This document shows positions 13,530-25,421 of a stretch of DNA of 64,000 nucleotides, one piece after another. Position numbers and translations under genes: made by a program. The stretch's first letter is position 1; each line of letters opens with the position of its first letter. Below the pieces are notes generated by a model that did not search any database, was not told the DNA's origin, and worked only from the letters and a program-made list of their open reading frames with translations. Source of the DNA: Podarcis liolepis (taxonomy: Eukaryota); assembly GCA_965112155.1 (NCBI GenBank), contig OZ218102.1; one strand, 5' to 3'.

Positions 13530-13625
13530 TAGCATAATCCCATTTGTAACTACTCAAAAGTGAGTCTTATTGAGCTCAATAGGGTTTCTCCCAGTTAAGC
13601 AAATGAATAGAGGATAGCAGTCTAA
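13530..13625. mobile_element. Short (~90 bp) palindromic MITE remnant; similar copies at about 15440-15530, 34510-34597, 37090-37175, 41700-41790, 49277-49365
   Basis: Shared caatccta...ttact...gtaag...taggattg inverted architecture, best preserved at 34510-34597. Confidence 0.6.
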
Positions 13626-15989
13626 ATTGCCCCTACCAAATAGGCTGGGGTTTTTTAAATAAAAAAAATGAAAGTGTTATTCTACTTTTCTTATTACATG
13701 AGAAGGCAAAAAAAGAGAAAGGTACCACTTATACCCCTCTCATATTGTGCTGCTATGGATTAAAAGGAAGCTGACAAATGCCATCTAGAACTTGACAATA
13801 TGCATTTCTGAAACAAACCGGCTTTAAAATAAAACAGTAGCAGAGAAACATGGGTACGAGCAGTAAATATCTAACCTAGAATGGGAAATAGAACATTTTT
13901 AAAAAACTGACAGTGTCTGGCTGCTGCCTAACAACTGTTCTCCATGCAAAAAATTTGGATTAAGATTTTAGCAGAGATATCCCTTCTTTGGCATATCAAA
14001 GAAATACCCAAGGAAGAAATATCAGAATGTACCCCAATCTCAGAGGTCCCGTTTCACTAATGAAATGCTTCCTATATAGTATTCACACATGCATGCATGA
14101 ATAATTCATTACAGATGAATCAAACAGGAATTAAGTGCAAATATAGGAGCAGCTTCCAAGCACTAGGCAATTGAAATATGGGCCCAGATTTTCAATACCC
14201 AAATTGTGTTGCAGTGTGTTAAGCTGAACAGGAAGTATATGGAAGTTTAAGCGGCCTTAACAACCTTCTGAAAATGCAGGCTCAGATATGTAACTACTAT
14301 TAGAATGCCATAATGTTTGAGCCCTCATTAGCAAACACTGTGAAAGTCAACACAATATGAACAGCTTGCAAAATGGCTTGGTTCACCCTTCCCCGTGTTA
14401 ATAATATCTTTCACCAAGCTTCCCAATTAAGTCCCACTTGAAAAGGGTATAGCTAAGTACTGAGGATTTCTTTCCAAATTTTATATTTAGTTAATGGCAT
14501 TGTTTAAATATTACTACATTACTAATGACATACACTGACCAGTTATAGACAGTGCATTAAAAAATTGCCTTTCCTCTGCTCCAACAGCTTATCAGTAGGA
14601 CACATAGGATATAACAAGGGTTGTCCATCTTTAGGGCCTGTGAGCACACTTGGATTTTTCAGAGCATGCTGTGGGCACTTCTCTACTCCCTCAGAGTCAG
14701 AAGCCAAATGCACAAATACTTAAACTTAAAGAAACATAATTGCCCATGTGTTGTTGCTTTGGTGTTCTCTAATGTTGGCATGAGAGACTGGGAAAGAACC
14801 TTAACATCCAAAGCTCAAATCCTATTGTACCACAAGAAATGTTAGCTTGTAATGGAGCTAACTAACGCAAGAGGCATTTTCTTAATATTTCAAATAATGA
14901 GTTCTCTCATACAGAGGCTTCCACAGACATGCTGCTATTTATACATGATAACTAAGTACCGCTTTTTGAACTCACCTCACAAAGCAGCTTACATAAAAAA
15001 TTTAAAACTATATAATAAAACAGCAAAGACAAGCCCAAAATGGGTGTGCTGAGACTTGCCTCAAGAGGGTTCTTGAGAAGCCCTGTGGTGGCAGTCGAGG
15101 GAGTAAAGGCCACCTCAGTTGGAATACTGGGAGCTAAACAGTGAACAGCTCACCAAGTTGCTTTGCCTTTTCCTTCTCTTCCCACTCCACATAGGGCAAA
15201 GAGAGTCCTTTTGTTACCCGCTCTGGCAGGATTTGGGGATGCGAGAGGCCACCTCTGCTGGAATACTAGGAACCAGATTGTGGGCTGCTCATCCATTCTT
15301 ACTAAGAAAAATTCCAGCAGTAACCAGAAACTATCTATTCTACAGCGGTCCTATTGATATTAATAAGTGCAACAAACAAGCTTTGACAAAGCTTCAGCTG
15401 CTGTACTTTCCAAATCTTAGCACAGCTATACTCCTTATTGCAAAATCCCAAGCATGTTTACCTGGAAGTAGGTCCCACTCTGTGCATTGAGACTCAACCC
15501 CTTACAAGGGTGTTTAGGACTGCAGCCTTAATCTGTGGAGGTTAATGTGTTGAGGATCTTGCCTTAAGAACATAGCCAGCTGTGGATGTTTGAACTTGCT
15601 GACCTTTGCATCCTTTTATCATCGAGGTTTTCTATTAAAACATGATAATGCAACAGACATCTTGAGATGCCTATTTCTACTGGAATCTGTGCACACGGAA
15701 ACAATGCTCCCATCACAGACAAAGAATGCTCTGGCACTTCAGAGACTAATTGGTTTCTTGTGTTATGAGATTTTGTAGGTAGAAGTCATGCATTGTAGAT
15801 TTTTTTAAGTAAAAAAAAATACATATAATGCTATGCGGAATTAGCAAACATTAACTAAGAATTTGCCAGCACCATTCTGCATATCAGTGCAGTTTACAAA
15901 TCTGGCATGAAAATGGTTTTCTGAAACTTGGATGCCTTTAACGTGCATTTAGACAAGTACATGAAGGGTAAGGCTAGCAATATCTGCTA

Positions 15990-16130
15990 ATCCTGATGAC
16001 TATGTTCTACTTCTGCTGTTGTACCCAGTATGCTTCTGAATAGCAGCTCCTGGAAACCGCAGGGAGGGAGAATGCTGATGAACTCAGATTTTGCTTAAGA
16101 GTTTTCCATGGGCATCACTGTGGTTTGAGA
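15990..16130 (+). mobile_element. CR1 LINE 3' UTR fragment (old)
   Basis: tatgcttctgaatagcag..ctggaaaccgcagg resembles the reverse complement of the 16426 element. Confidence 0.5.
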
Positions 16131-16425
16131 AAAGGTTCCTGCGGCAAGCTCCAAATATCTCATAAGCCTGCTCTGCAGTAACTCAGAGCAGGGCTGTTAG
16201 TGCGGCCATTCTGTTCTGCGGAGTAACATTCCTGTTGAGATATGGCAGGCACACATTACCTTCACTTTCTGGATGCAATCAACAGCATATTGGTTCCAAT
16301 ACACTTTCCCAGCTAGGTAAATAGGTCTTTGCAATAAGTGTCTGTTGTTTTACTTATGTTTCGGCTACTTATTTAACAATGTATTCGATGGTTGTCAAAC
16401 TTCAGGCCTGATAGTTTTATAATGC

Positions 16426-16830
16426 TAAGAACTTAGCAGCAGGCTGGATCAGGCCAAAGACCCATCTGTTTCAGGTTCCTGTTTTCACAGTGGCCAACCA
16501 CATGGGCACTGAAGCCACGAGAAGAACCTGAGATCAACAGCACTCATCTCACTTGCGATTACTAGCAACTGGTTTTCAGAGGGGTACTGCCTCTGACAGT
16601 GGAGGCAGAACATTGCTATCATGGCTAGTAGCCACTGATAGCCTTACCCTTCATGAATTTACCCAATCATCTTTTAAAGCCACCCAGGTTGATGGCCATC
16701 ACTGCCTGTTGTAGCAGTGAATTCCACAGTGCTGTCTGAAGCAGTGCATTCTTTTGTTTGTTCTGAATTTATCTTTTCTGGGGTGAGGAAAACAGAATTA
16801 TACACTGCATTTCAAGTCTGGTAGCACTAT
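16426..16830 (-). mobile_element. CR1 LINE 3' end (old)
   Basis: taagaac...gctggatcaggccaaagacccatct...atggctagtagccactgatagcc...gaattccacag is typical of a reptile CR1 3' terminus. Confidence 0.75.
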
Positions 16831-17059
16831 AAATTTGTCTTTGGTGAGGTGTCAAAAGTTTTTTTGAAAGTCCAAGTGCTTTAACTGGCAGAATGGTGAA
16901 CTTTGCAACACAGAGACTCACGTTGTCTAAAATCTGGCTACTGAAAGTGTTACGAACATATGTCATACCATAATCCAGAAGGAATGCATATGCATCTGGT
17001 ATGTGGTACAGCCATCTGCTATCTCCAAGTGATCTGTCACACCCACCGCTGGTTGAGAA

Positions 17060-17278
17060 GCAGCACTGCCATCGGTGCCGATTTTGGGCAACAGCGCACC
17101 GATTTGGGGAAAGATCTCACTCAAAATGGAAGTGATCTTGCCCAAAATCGGCACCACTGGTAGTGGCACAGATAGTGTGGCTGGCAGGGCAGGCATGGCC
17201 CCAATAGACATTTCACCTGGCAGGCTATTACCACTTGAAGCAGTGGCCTCACCCTGCCTAACGTTGGGCCAGCTCTGG
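17060..17278. mobile_element. DNA-transposon-like fragment with internal hairpin
   Basis: Perfect 18-bp inverted repeat at 17074-17091 / 17138-17155; TIR-like end gggccagctctg. Confidence 0.5.
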
Positions 17279-18034
17279 ATACAGGTATGGTAGACACTGG
17301 AAGCAAGTGTACACATGGGGGAGGTGAAAGAAAGCACTTTATCAGAGACCCTTTGTAATTTCCTATGAAAAAGTGAGAAGGAAACAGGTTGTATTGTTGT
17401 CAAAGAACACAGTAATTTTGCACCAAGTCTATAATGAAAAGGCACCACAGTTAATGCTGATCTCTAAAGTGTTATATAAACCTCTCTGGGATGGTATAAC
17501 ACCAGGTGTGTTCAACATGTCTGGCAGGTGCTATAAGTCTCTGTTCACTTTGTTAGAGCTTGCTTGCCGGGTCATAGCTTGAAGATTTGAATAAAAGTTA
17601 AGTTGGTCTCTTTGTATCCCAGCATTTGCTTCACGTTTAAGTACATAATACAGGAAATGCTACAAGACTTTGGGGAAACTTTTCCATATAAAGATACTGG
17701 AAATTTGACAGCTGTGTTTCCTCTGAAACATAAAATACATGTTCAAAAGTACTGACTGAGTTATCAATAATAATCAAACTTTTCAGGGCTGAACTCGTTT
17801 CCTATTCATTTGCTACAGTTTCTATGTAGTTCCATTGCAGAAAAGCAGCAGAATCATGACTGGGAAAACTGGTTATGCAAAAGGTTGAACAGGAAACCGT
17901 ATAAAATTCAGAGGCTGTCTTTAGCTAATATAAATTATAAATTTATTAAAATGTTAATTTTAGGTACACAACTAAAAGCAAAAGGAGCAAAACAACTGGA
18001 GTCTACAGTGTGTGTTACCAATCATTGCGGGTGG

Positions 18035-18414
18035 NNNNNNNNNNNNNNNNNNNNNNNNNNNNNNNNNNNNNNNNNNNNNNNNNNNNNNNNNNNNNNNNNN
18101 NNNNNNNNNNNNNNNNNNNNNNNNNNNNNNNNNNNNNNNNNNNNNNNNNNNNNNNNNNNNNNNNNNNNNNNNNNNNNNNNNNNNNNNNNNNNNNNNNNNN
18201 NNNNNNNNNNNNNNNNNNNNNNNNNNNNNNNNNNNNNNNNNNNNNNNNNNNNNNNNNNNNNNNNNNNNNNNNNNNNNNNNNNNNNNNNNNNNNNNNNNNN
18301 NNNNNNNNNNNNNNNNNNNNNNNNNNNNNNNNNNNNNNNNNNNNNNNNNNNNNNNNNNNNNNNNNNNNNNNNNNNNNNNNNNNNNNNNNNNNNNNNNNNN
18401 NNNNNNNNNNNNNN
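18035..18414 (-). other. N-run (380 nt), probably hiding VTI1A exon 5 (RAHLLDNTERLERSSRRLEAGYQIAVET)
   Basis: Entering the gap, the minus strand reads gcCTGATttttcattcccgttttctttt|N: a branch-point-like motif about 23 nt from the edge, then a pyrimidine tract. Exon 5 is not seen in called bases. The exon itself is invisible, so this is inference. Confidence 0.7.
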
Positions 18415-19326
18415 AAAAGAAAACGGGAATGAAAAATCAGGCATCCGTCGACAGTATTCCCCCCCCCCCCACACACACACAACTACACATACAGTATCTT
18501 CTCTCTATTTTTACTTTTACAGTAAAGAAATAGCTCAAGAAAAGCACTTTAGGAAGCTGGATACGTGATCATTCAAATTATTTATACCTAGGCATTTGGA
18601 TAATACAAAGTAAATGATTCATTGATATTATACGACCCATCAATGACAATAATATGGAGAACATATAAAAGGTATTTTAATACATGGATCCTCTAATTTT
18701 GCCATAAGCAAGCACAGTTGTTTCCCTAGAACAATTTATTAGGGCACATCCCAGGTTTTGCAGGTGGTAAATGTTAATACTTTTATTGTTAGCAGCATAT
18801 GGTATTATGCTAAAAGTGCTATATAAAGATATAATTCTGTCACATTCATTTGAAGACTAGGACCAAAATATTGATGCAATACAGATCCAAGATTTTAAGT
18901 AGAATACTACACAGTGTATAAGCACACATTTCAACACACTAAGTTTAAAGAAATATATTGTACTGCATAATTATGTCACCATGACCTGTGATAAGAACTG
19001 GAAAAAAAATCATTTGTACTGATTTTCCTTCTGCATGTTGATCTCTTCAAATTACTTTTGAAATACTGAACTTATACTTCTAATCAAGCTGTCAAAATAC
19101 AGAAACTAAACACAAGCACACATGTTCCCACCGCCTCCTTTTCACCCTGAAAAACAACCCAGTTTGGATGCATGTCAAAAAACAACTCCTGGAACTTTGT
19201 CTTGTTGACAGATGTCATTTAAAAATTGAAGAAATGCTTTCTAATAATAATATTAAAAAGTAGGTGCCATCCATATTATCTGAGTGGCTGTCTGCCGAAA
19301 TGATCTACCTTGCTCTAATGAGCCCC

Positions 19327-19490
19327 NNNNNNNNNNNNNNNNNNNNNNNNNNNNNNNNNNNNNNNNNNNNNNNNNNNNNNNNNNNNNNNNNNNNNNNNNN
19401 NNNNNNNNNNNNNNNNNNNNNNNNNNNNNNNNNNNNNNNNNNNNNNNNNNNNNNNNNNNNNNNNNNNNNNNNNNNNNNNNNNNNNNNNNN
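19327..19490. other. N-run (164 nt) in unique sequence
   Basis: Ns seen directly. Flanks are non-repetitive, with ACATCAAAG (TCF/LEF-type) at 19563-19571. Confidence 0.95.
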
Positions 19491-21937
19491 ATTTCCCTAT
19501 TCCCTCCCGGCACAGGTGACACATCTCTGAGATGCGGCCAGACGATGGAGGCAGCTAAAGCCACATCAAAGCTTTCCTTGAATTTTTTTAATTTTTTTTA
19601 GAAATCATTAAAACAATGCATTTAGATCAGCACAGATAGAACCCAATGTGAAGGTCAGGAAAGCTGCAATAACAGTCTATAATAATTAATAGAGTCGTCT
19701 AATACACAGTGAATAGGTTAAGAGTAAAATGCAAAAAAAAATAAAAATCCTTCTATATTTGGAAGAGGAGGGGGAACAGTCATGGCACAAAGGGAAGAGC
19801 AGAAAGAATTTTAAAAAATAACATTCTATAATGTAAGTTACAGGATGTGTGTGATAAGACCAAAGAACAATTTTAAATCATTAGTACTAGTTATTAAATA
19901 ACTTAAAAGAAAAAGAACATTTCATAACGGCCGGATCCCTATATTTTAGAACAATAGAAGTATAAAAACTTCTTTGAAAGCAAGTCAAATAACATTTCTT
20001 ATATAAGAAAATAATATTGCATAAAGAAAAATATCAGATTAAGCTGATCATCTCAGCTTGCACAAAATGTTGAGTCTTATTGGCCTAATAAAAAGTTGGA
20101 CATCTTTCTTTCATTAGAACCAATAAGAAGATTGCTGGGTCAGCGGGGGTGGGAGTATGGTGGAGAAGAGAACTAAAAAAAAACAGAAAACAAAAACTCC
20201 ACTACTCCTGTGACTTTAAAATCATGCATTTTGTAGACACAGATCTTATGGACTCAGCGCAAATAATCATACCATTAAAAAGCCAGTTCAGCCACAGAGA
20301 AATCACTTTAAAATGTTTTAAAACTAAAAATTGGTTTTTTAAAATAAAAAAATTGCCCAAGACTACACAAGCACAACTACTAAATGGCATCTGTCGTTAC
20401 CAAGATCACAATTGACAAAACTGAATTTAAAAACCATCATAGAACATCCAAAGTTCAGGTTAGCTTTCCTGTTAGCAATCAGATGCCCTGCTTCTCCAAA
20501 GCACAGCACGGAAGGATTTCATTAGACTATGCTGTTCCGTACTACTGATTTCAGGTCCTTTTCACTCAAGTCATTCTACAGTAAACCTCCTTCCCCCCCT
20601 GTAAGTGGTTGTGTTATTTACTTTTCCGTTTCGGAGAAATATTGTTCCTTCGGTCACGAAAAGCAATGACCTAACATCAGCGGCTGGTGCTTTCAACACT
20701 TCCACTACAACCCCCCCCCCGCCAAATTCATTTCCCCACCCTATCCCCCTGCCTTTTGTATATGAAGTAGTGCGAGGTGACTCAGGCTGTCTTTTAGCTT
20801 CACAAAGAGCTTCTCCATGGAGTTACAGATGGAAGTTTTGCAAAGTGGCAAGCTACAGCTAGAGATTTAGTCGTTCCATGTGGGCTGGATTCAAACTGAG
20901 ATCTCAGAAACTAAAAGAAAACAGAGCAGCACAGCCTCCATAGAATTCTGCCTAAGACATCTGTGCTGGAACACAGCTTTGTAATGAGAGGAACTGTACA
21001 TTTTATTAACAAACAGTATGGGAAAAATCACAATTGCTTTTAAGATCATACCTCCTTAGGAGAACTGTAATTGGGAAAGCCTTGATGTTTTACTATTTGA
21101 CTAGTTTAGAACCTTGGTGAATCACTGCAATAGCCATCATTTGGGCTTTAATGTGCATTTTATACTCTATATAAAACACCACTCCTTTTACAGCTTATCC
21201 TACAGCTAATATGGTAACTAGAAATTGCAGTAGTGAAGCTTGCACTGCATTTCCCATTCTACTCTTTGATCTTGACTTCCACTCCCTTTATTAGCTATGC
21301 ATTTAATATGCTCCCCAAAATATTATGTAGCAAGAAAATGACAAAATGATAGGACTTACAAAGTGAGCCAACAGCAAGGAAATACAATCCAGAATACATG
21401 TCATTGACAGGCATTTTTAAAAACTGACAAAAAAGTAGTCCAGGTATTCAGTAAAAGCCACTTTCCCCCCTTGAGTCTGCTAAAATTTAAAATGGATTTT
21501 TGTCTATATCTAATTAACCACTTTAATTATAAGATCTATTAATAAACCTTGATTTTCCGTTTACAATTAGCCTTGTCACATATATTTCCATGATTGCTTT
21601 ATATCACAACTTATAATTATATACTATTAAAAAATATGCATACATACTCAGGAAAAAGTTTAGCTTTGTATTTATAGAATGTATGTCTTCTGAATGTATG
21701 TAGTCTGAAATGGCCAGGTAAGAAATCATGACATTCATATGCTTGTTTACCATGTTAAGTTTTTTTTTAAAAAAATTAGAACTGTACAATTACTATGGTC
21801 TATGGACTATTCCAGAGCTGAAATAAAACCCAAGTATGTGATTTAAGTATCCATATATTTCCTATTACCATACCTCTCCTTTCTCTGCCTTTGCTATCTT
21901 TTCCCTTCCTTCCTTCCTTTCTCTCTCCATGAAAATT

Positions 21938-22033
21938 TTAACTGTAAGTTCCTCAGGGCAGAAGCCTGTCTTTTGCTTATGTTATTCTGCAAAGCACTAT
22001 GTACACTGATGATGCTTACATTAATAAGAAGAA
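21938..22033 (+). mobile_element. Ancient L2 LINE 3' terminus
   Basis: actgtaagttcctcagggcag...aaagcactatgtacactgatgatgct plus short tail. Confidence 0.6.
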
Positions 22034-23237
22034 GTTAGAAAAGAACGCAAAGACATGCTTGTTCGGCTGCATACTTTCGTCATCACATCAAACCTCTATA
22101 CTGCAAGTTGTATAGCAATCAGGAATGAAAAGTGAATGATTGATCAAATAATCTTAATCTAATAAGAAAATCTTTAGACCAAGAATTCCCCTGAATTTTG
22201 CTTGTGTTACATTTGCTTGCGTTCTCTCCAAGTATGAGCATCAGCACTTGAAAGTGTCCCTTGCTTCTGACCTCTTTTGAATTAAACACATTTAGATTGT
22301 ATCAACAGTGTCATCCACCAACCGCAAGACTAAACAAGCGGAGTTTGCTGTGTTCACTCTTTCGCTGCTAGAAAATCTGAGGTGTCACTACACAGCCACC
22401 TAAGAAAACTGGTTCCCTAGCAACGTTTACTATACCAAACCTCTAAGAGAAAGTAATTTGATTTTTTAAAACAAAAATAATAGTGTAAGCATTTGCTGTA
22501 CTATAAAATAAGACTGAGGGGGAACCTTAAAAAAAAAATATGCTAGTGGCTGTCAGGAAATGACCATCAGGTGCTTTTCATATCTGCTTAGACGTATTTG
22601 CTGCCACTTCAGGTCATTTCATAGGGTGCAAGCAAAAGGAACTCTGATCTGCATTCTCTACAGCATATGCACAAATAAATAATAAATACTGAGACACGAC
22701 TGAGTGTACATCTACCTGGCTTCTATTTTCAACATGCATGCAGTATTTTCATACTGTTTGGTATGCCGGCAGGTATACATACTGCTGTATTGCTGGTGTC
22801 TGCTTCAAGCAGAGATTTCCCCCCACCCCTAACACGGTACCTTCTATAGTAATGCTGGGATATAAAGGTATTTACTCCATCAAAGATTGTGTGATGCAGA
22901 TATCATTACAGGATCTGATTAGATCATGGTATTCTAATAGAGATCAAATAGTAGTTTTCCTTCTTTTTTCCAGTGTCTATAAATTATCCCCTTTCTCTGT
23001 GCTATCAAAGAATGTTAATTTTAAAGGTTTGATCTAGGGATTCCCATGTAAGTGTATAGTTATTATAGGAGGAAAAAGAAAAGAAAGAAAGAAAGAAAAA
23101 ATAAAAAGAACGAAAGAGAGTGCTGGAACATTTTTAAGCACTGTAATCAATATCTTTTGCTTTGTACTTATTTCCCTGTAACAATGACCAAAAAGATCTA
23201 CTTCAGATTTGGAAAACCAGCTTTAAAGGAAAAGCTA

Positions 23238-23576
23238 NNNNNNNNNNNNNNNNNNNNNNNNNNNNNNNNNNNNNNNNNNNNNNNNNNNNNNNNNNNNNNN
23301 NNNNNNNNNNNNNNNNNNNNNNNNNNNNNNNNNNNNNNNNNNNNNNNNNNNNNNNNNNNNNNNNNNNNNNNNNNNNNNNNNNNNNNNNNNNNNNNNNNNN
23401 NNNNNNNNNNNNNNNNNNNNNNNNNNNNNNNNNNNNNNNNNNNNNNNNNNNNNNNNNNNNNNNNNNNNNNNNNNNNNNNNNNNNNNNNNNNNNNNNNNNN
23501 NNNNNNNNNNNNNNNNNNNNNNNNNNNNNNNNNNNNNNNNNNNNNNNNNNNNNNNNNNNNNNNNNNNNNNNNNNNN
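23238..23576 (-). other. N-run (339 nt), candidate location of the 21-nt VTI1A-beta microexon (LIKLREE)
   Basis: It lies roughly midway between exon 4 and inferred exon 5. No LIKLREE-coding sequence is seen in called bases. A CU-rich tract and TGCATGCATG lie downstream on the minus strand. Inference only. Confidence 0.45.
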
Positions 23577-25197
23577 ATAGAAGTCTATAACATAAAGGGG
23601 GAAAACAAGTTTACTATTCCTCTCTTCTAAGATAGTACAGTTGAAGTGATTTTGTATATACAAGTTTTCAGAATGTTTTTCTATTTTTTAGTACTGACAC
23701 CTGCCTTTTTATTTCTCTCATATATTATCTTGATCAGAATAACTATAGTAAGTGGCTACTGAGGCATCAGTTAGATTGTGTATATCTTGCAAATGCCTGC
23801 TCTACTTTAACACAGCTACTTTTAAAAATAATAATATGCCTATGCAATTTAGTATGGCATATTATTACTTATGTTAAAAATGAATGGATGAACAAATTAA
23901 CTAATGTAATGGTACAGAATTACTGTACATAACATAATTTTGACTACACTATCTTTTACAGAATTTATCTCCCAAAGTTATTATCATTGCTAACCCTCCC
24001 TCCTTTTAGTTGCCTACTTTTCCTAAAGCTACAGTAGCAGGGATCCTTTCAACTGATCTAGTCAGTTATACTTCAAAATATTCTTCATTTAGAACATTAG
24101 CCAGTTGTGCTGGGCTACAAAGAAGCACACCTATTCATTTGCAACAAATACAGAAGGAATGATGGCTTGCTACTAAACAAGGGTGAATATTCTCTCATTG
24201 TGGCTACCTTATTTTGGCAATTAAGGTGGCCACTTTTGCACTGACCACACCAATTTATGCACTAATTTTAAACAGATAACCTTTTTTTCTACAGTCAGGA
24301 AGTTTCCAATTAAAGAAGAAACGGAAGATGCCCCCTTAGGTGTCACTCTAAAACTAAAAGATATACCGCTGCCAAAGAAAACAAGAGATGGTGCTTCTGA
24401 TCACTGGGAAAGCAAGCTGCTGCAGTTAATAGCTCTTTAGAAAAGAAGCTTTCCAAGGACCTGCTATCAAGTAAACACACAGGCATTCTCCATCCCCATC
24501 CCACCTGCCCTAAAATTTAAAGCCCTTTGCTAGGAATCACTCTTTCATTTGCTTTCTTGCTTCCCCCTCACTTCTCGCAGCACTATTCCCACCCACCCCC
24601 CACACCCTTGAGGTCACCATTCCTCAGCTGGCTGTGATACTTTAAGGGCCAAAGTTTAAAACTACTTTTCTGCAATAGAGACCATTTGGGGCATGACACT
24701 CTGCCACAGTCAATGAGAGTTTTAAAATGCTCCACATTTGTTTTTTCAATAGGTCCCAAACAAAAAAAAAAATGTTCTATCTTGTTTGTGCTGCATGGCT
24801 GAATTTAAGCTCTGCATAGAATTTGCAACTAAGCTAAGTAATGACAGATTTTCTTTTTTAAATGATGACTGAAAGAAATTCATTCAAATTAACAAAAGAT
24901 TTTCCCCCATTTAACAATGATGGCACTCGATGAAATTCTGCAACTGCTATTTTAAAAATGTACTATATAAAGCTTGTCAAATTCAAACAGCATTAAAATG
25001 TGTGTAGCCACCATTTTAGGTTATGATAATCAGCATATTTTCTGAAACAAAGATTCTCCTTTTTTCCAATTTGATACAAGCGGTAATCTGTTCCTTTGTA
25101 GACTAAAAAAAAAAATCTGGTTTACGCTGGTTTGAACCAGTGGAATCTCTTGTGGCTAAGCCTTCTGCTGTGAGTAGAATCAAAACTGCGTCGCAGA

Positions 25198-25281
25198 GTG
25201 TGTGCACGTCTGTGAGGCACGTCACGTGACATGGAGAACTACCGAATTCCCCCCCGCCCAAGAAGCTGATAACGCTACTGC
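25198..25281. promoter_or_regulatory. Candidate intronic enhancer: E-box/CLEAR palindrome plus GC box
   Basis: GTCACGTGAC at 25221-25230, adjacent CACGTC repeats, CCCCGCCC at about 25252-25259, locally high CpG, abutting an N-run. Confidence 0.45.
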
Positions 25282-25421
25282 NNNNNNNNNNNNNNNNNNN
25301 NNNNNNNNNNNNNNNNNNNNNNNNNNNNNNNNNNNNNNNNNNNNNNNNNNNNNNNNNNNNNNNNNNNNNNNNNNNNNNNNNNNNNNNNNNNNNNNNNNNN
25401 NNNNNNNNNNNNNNNNNNNNN
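25282..25421. other. N-run (140 nt) in unique CpG-rich sequence
   Basis: Ns seen directly. The left flank carries an E-box/GC-box cluster. Confidence 0.95.

Noticed and set aside
17810-18568. 252-aa ORF and other X-containing ORFs over the N-runs
   Set aside because: They are open only because Ns contain no stop codons.
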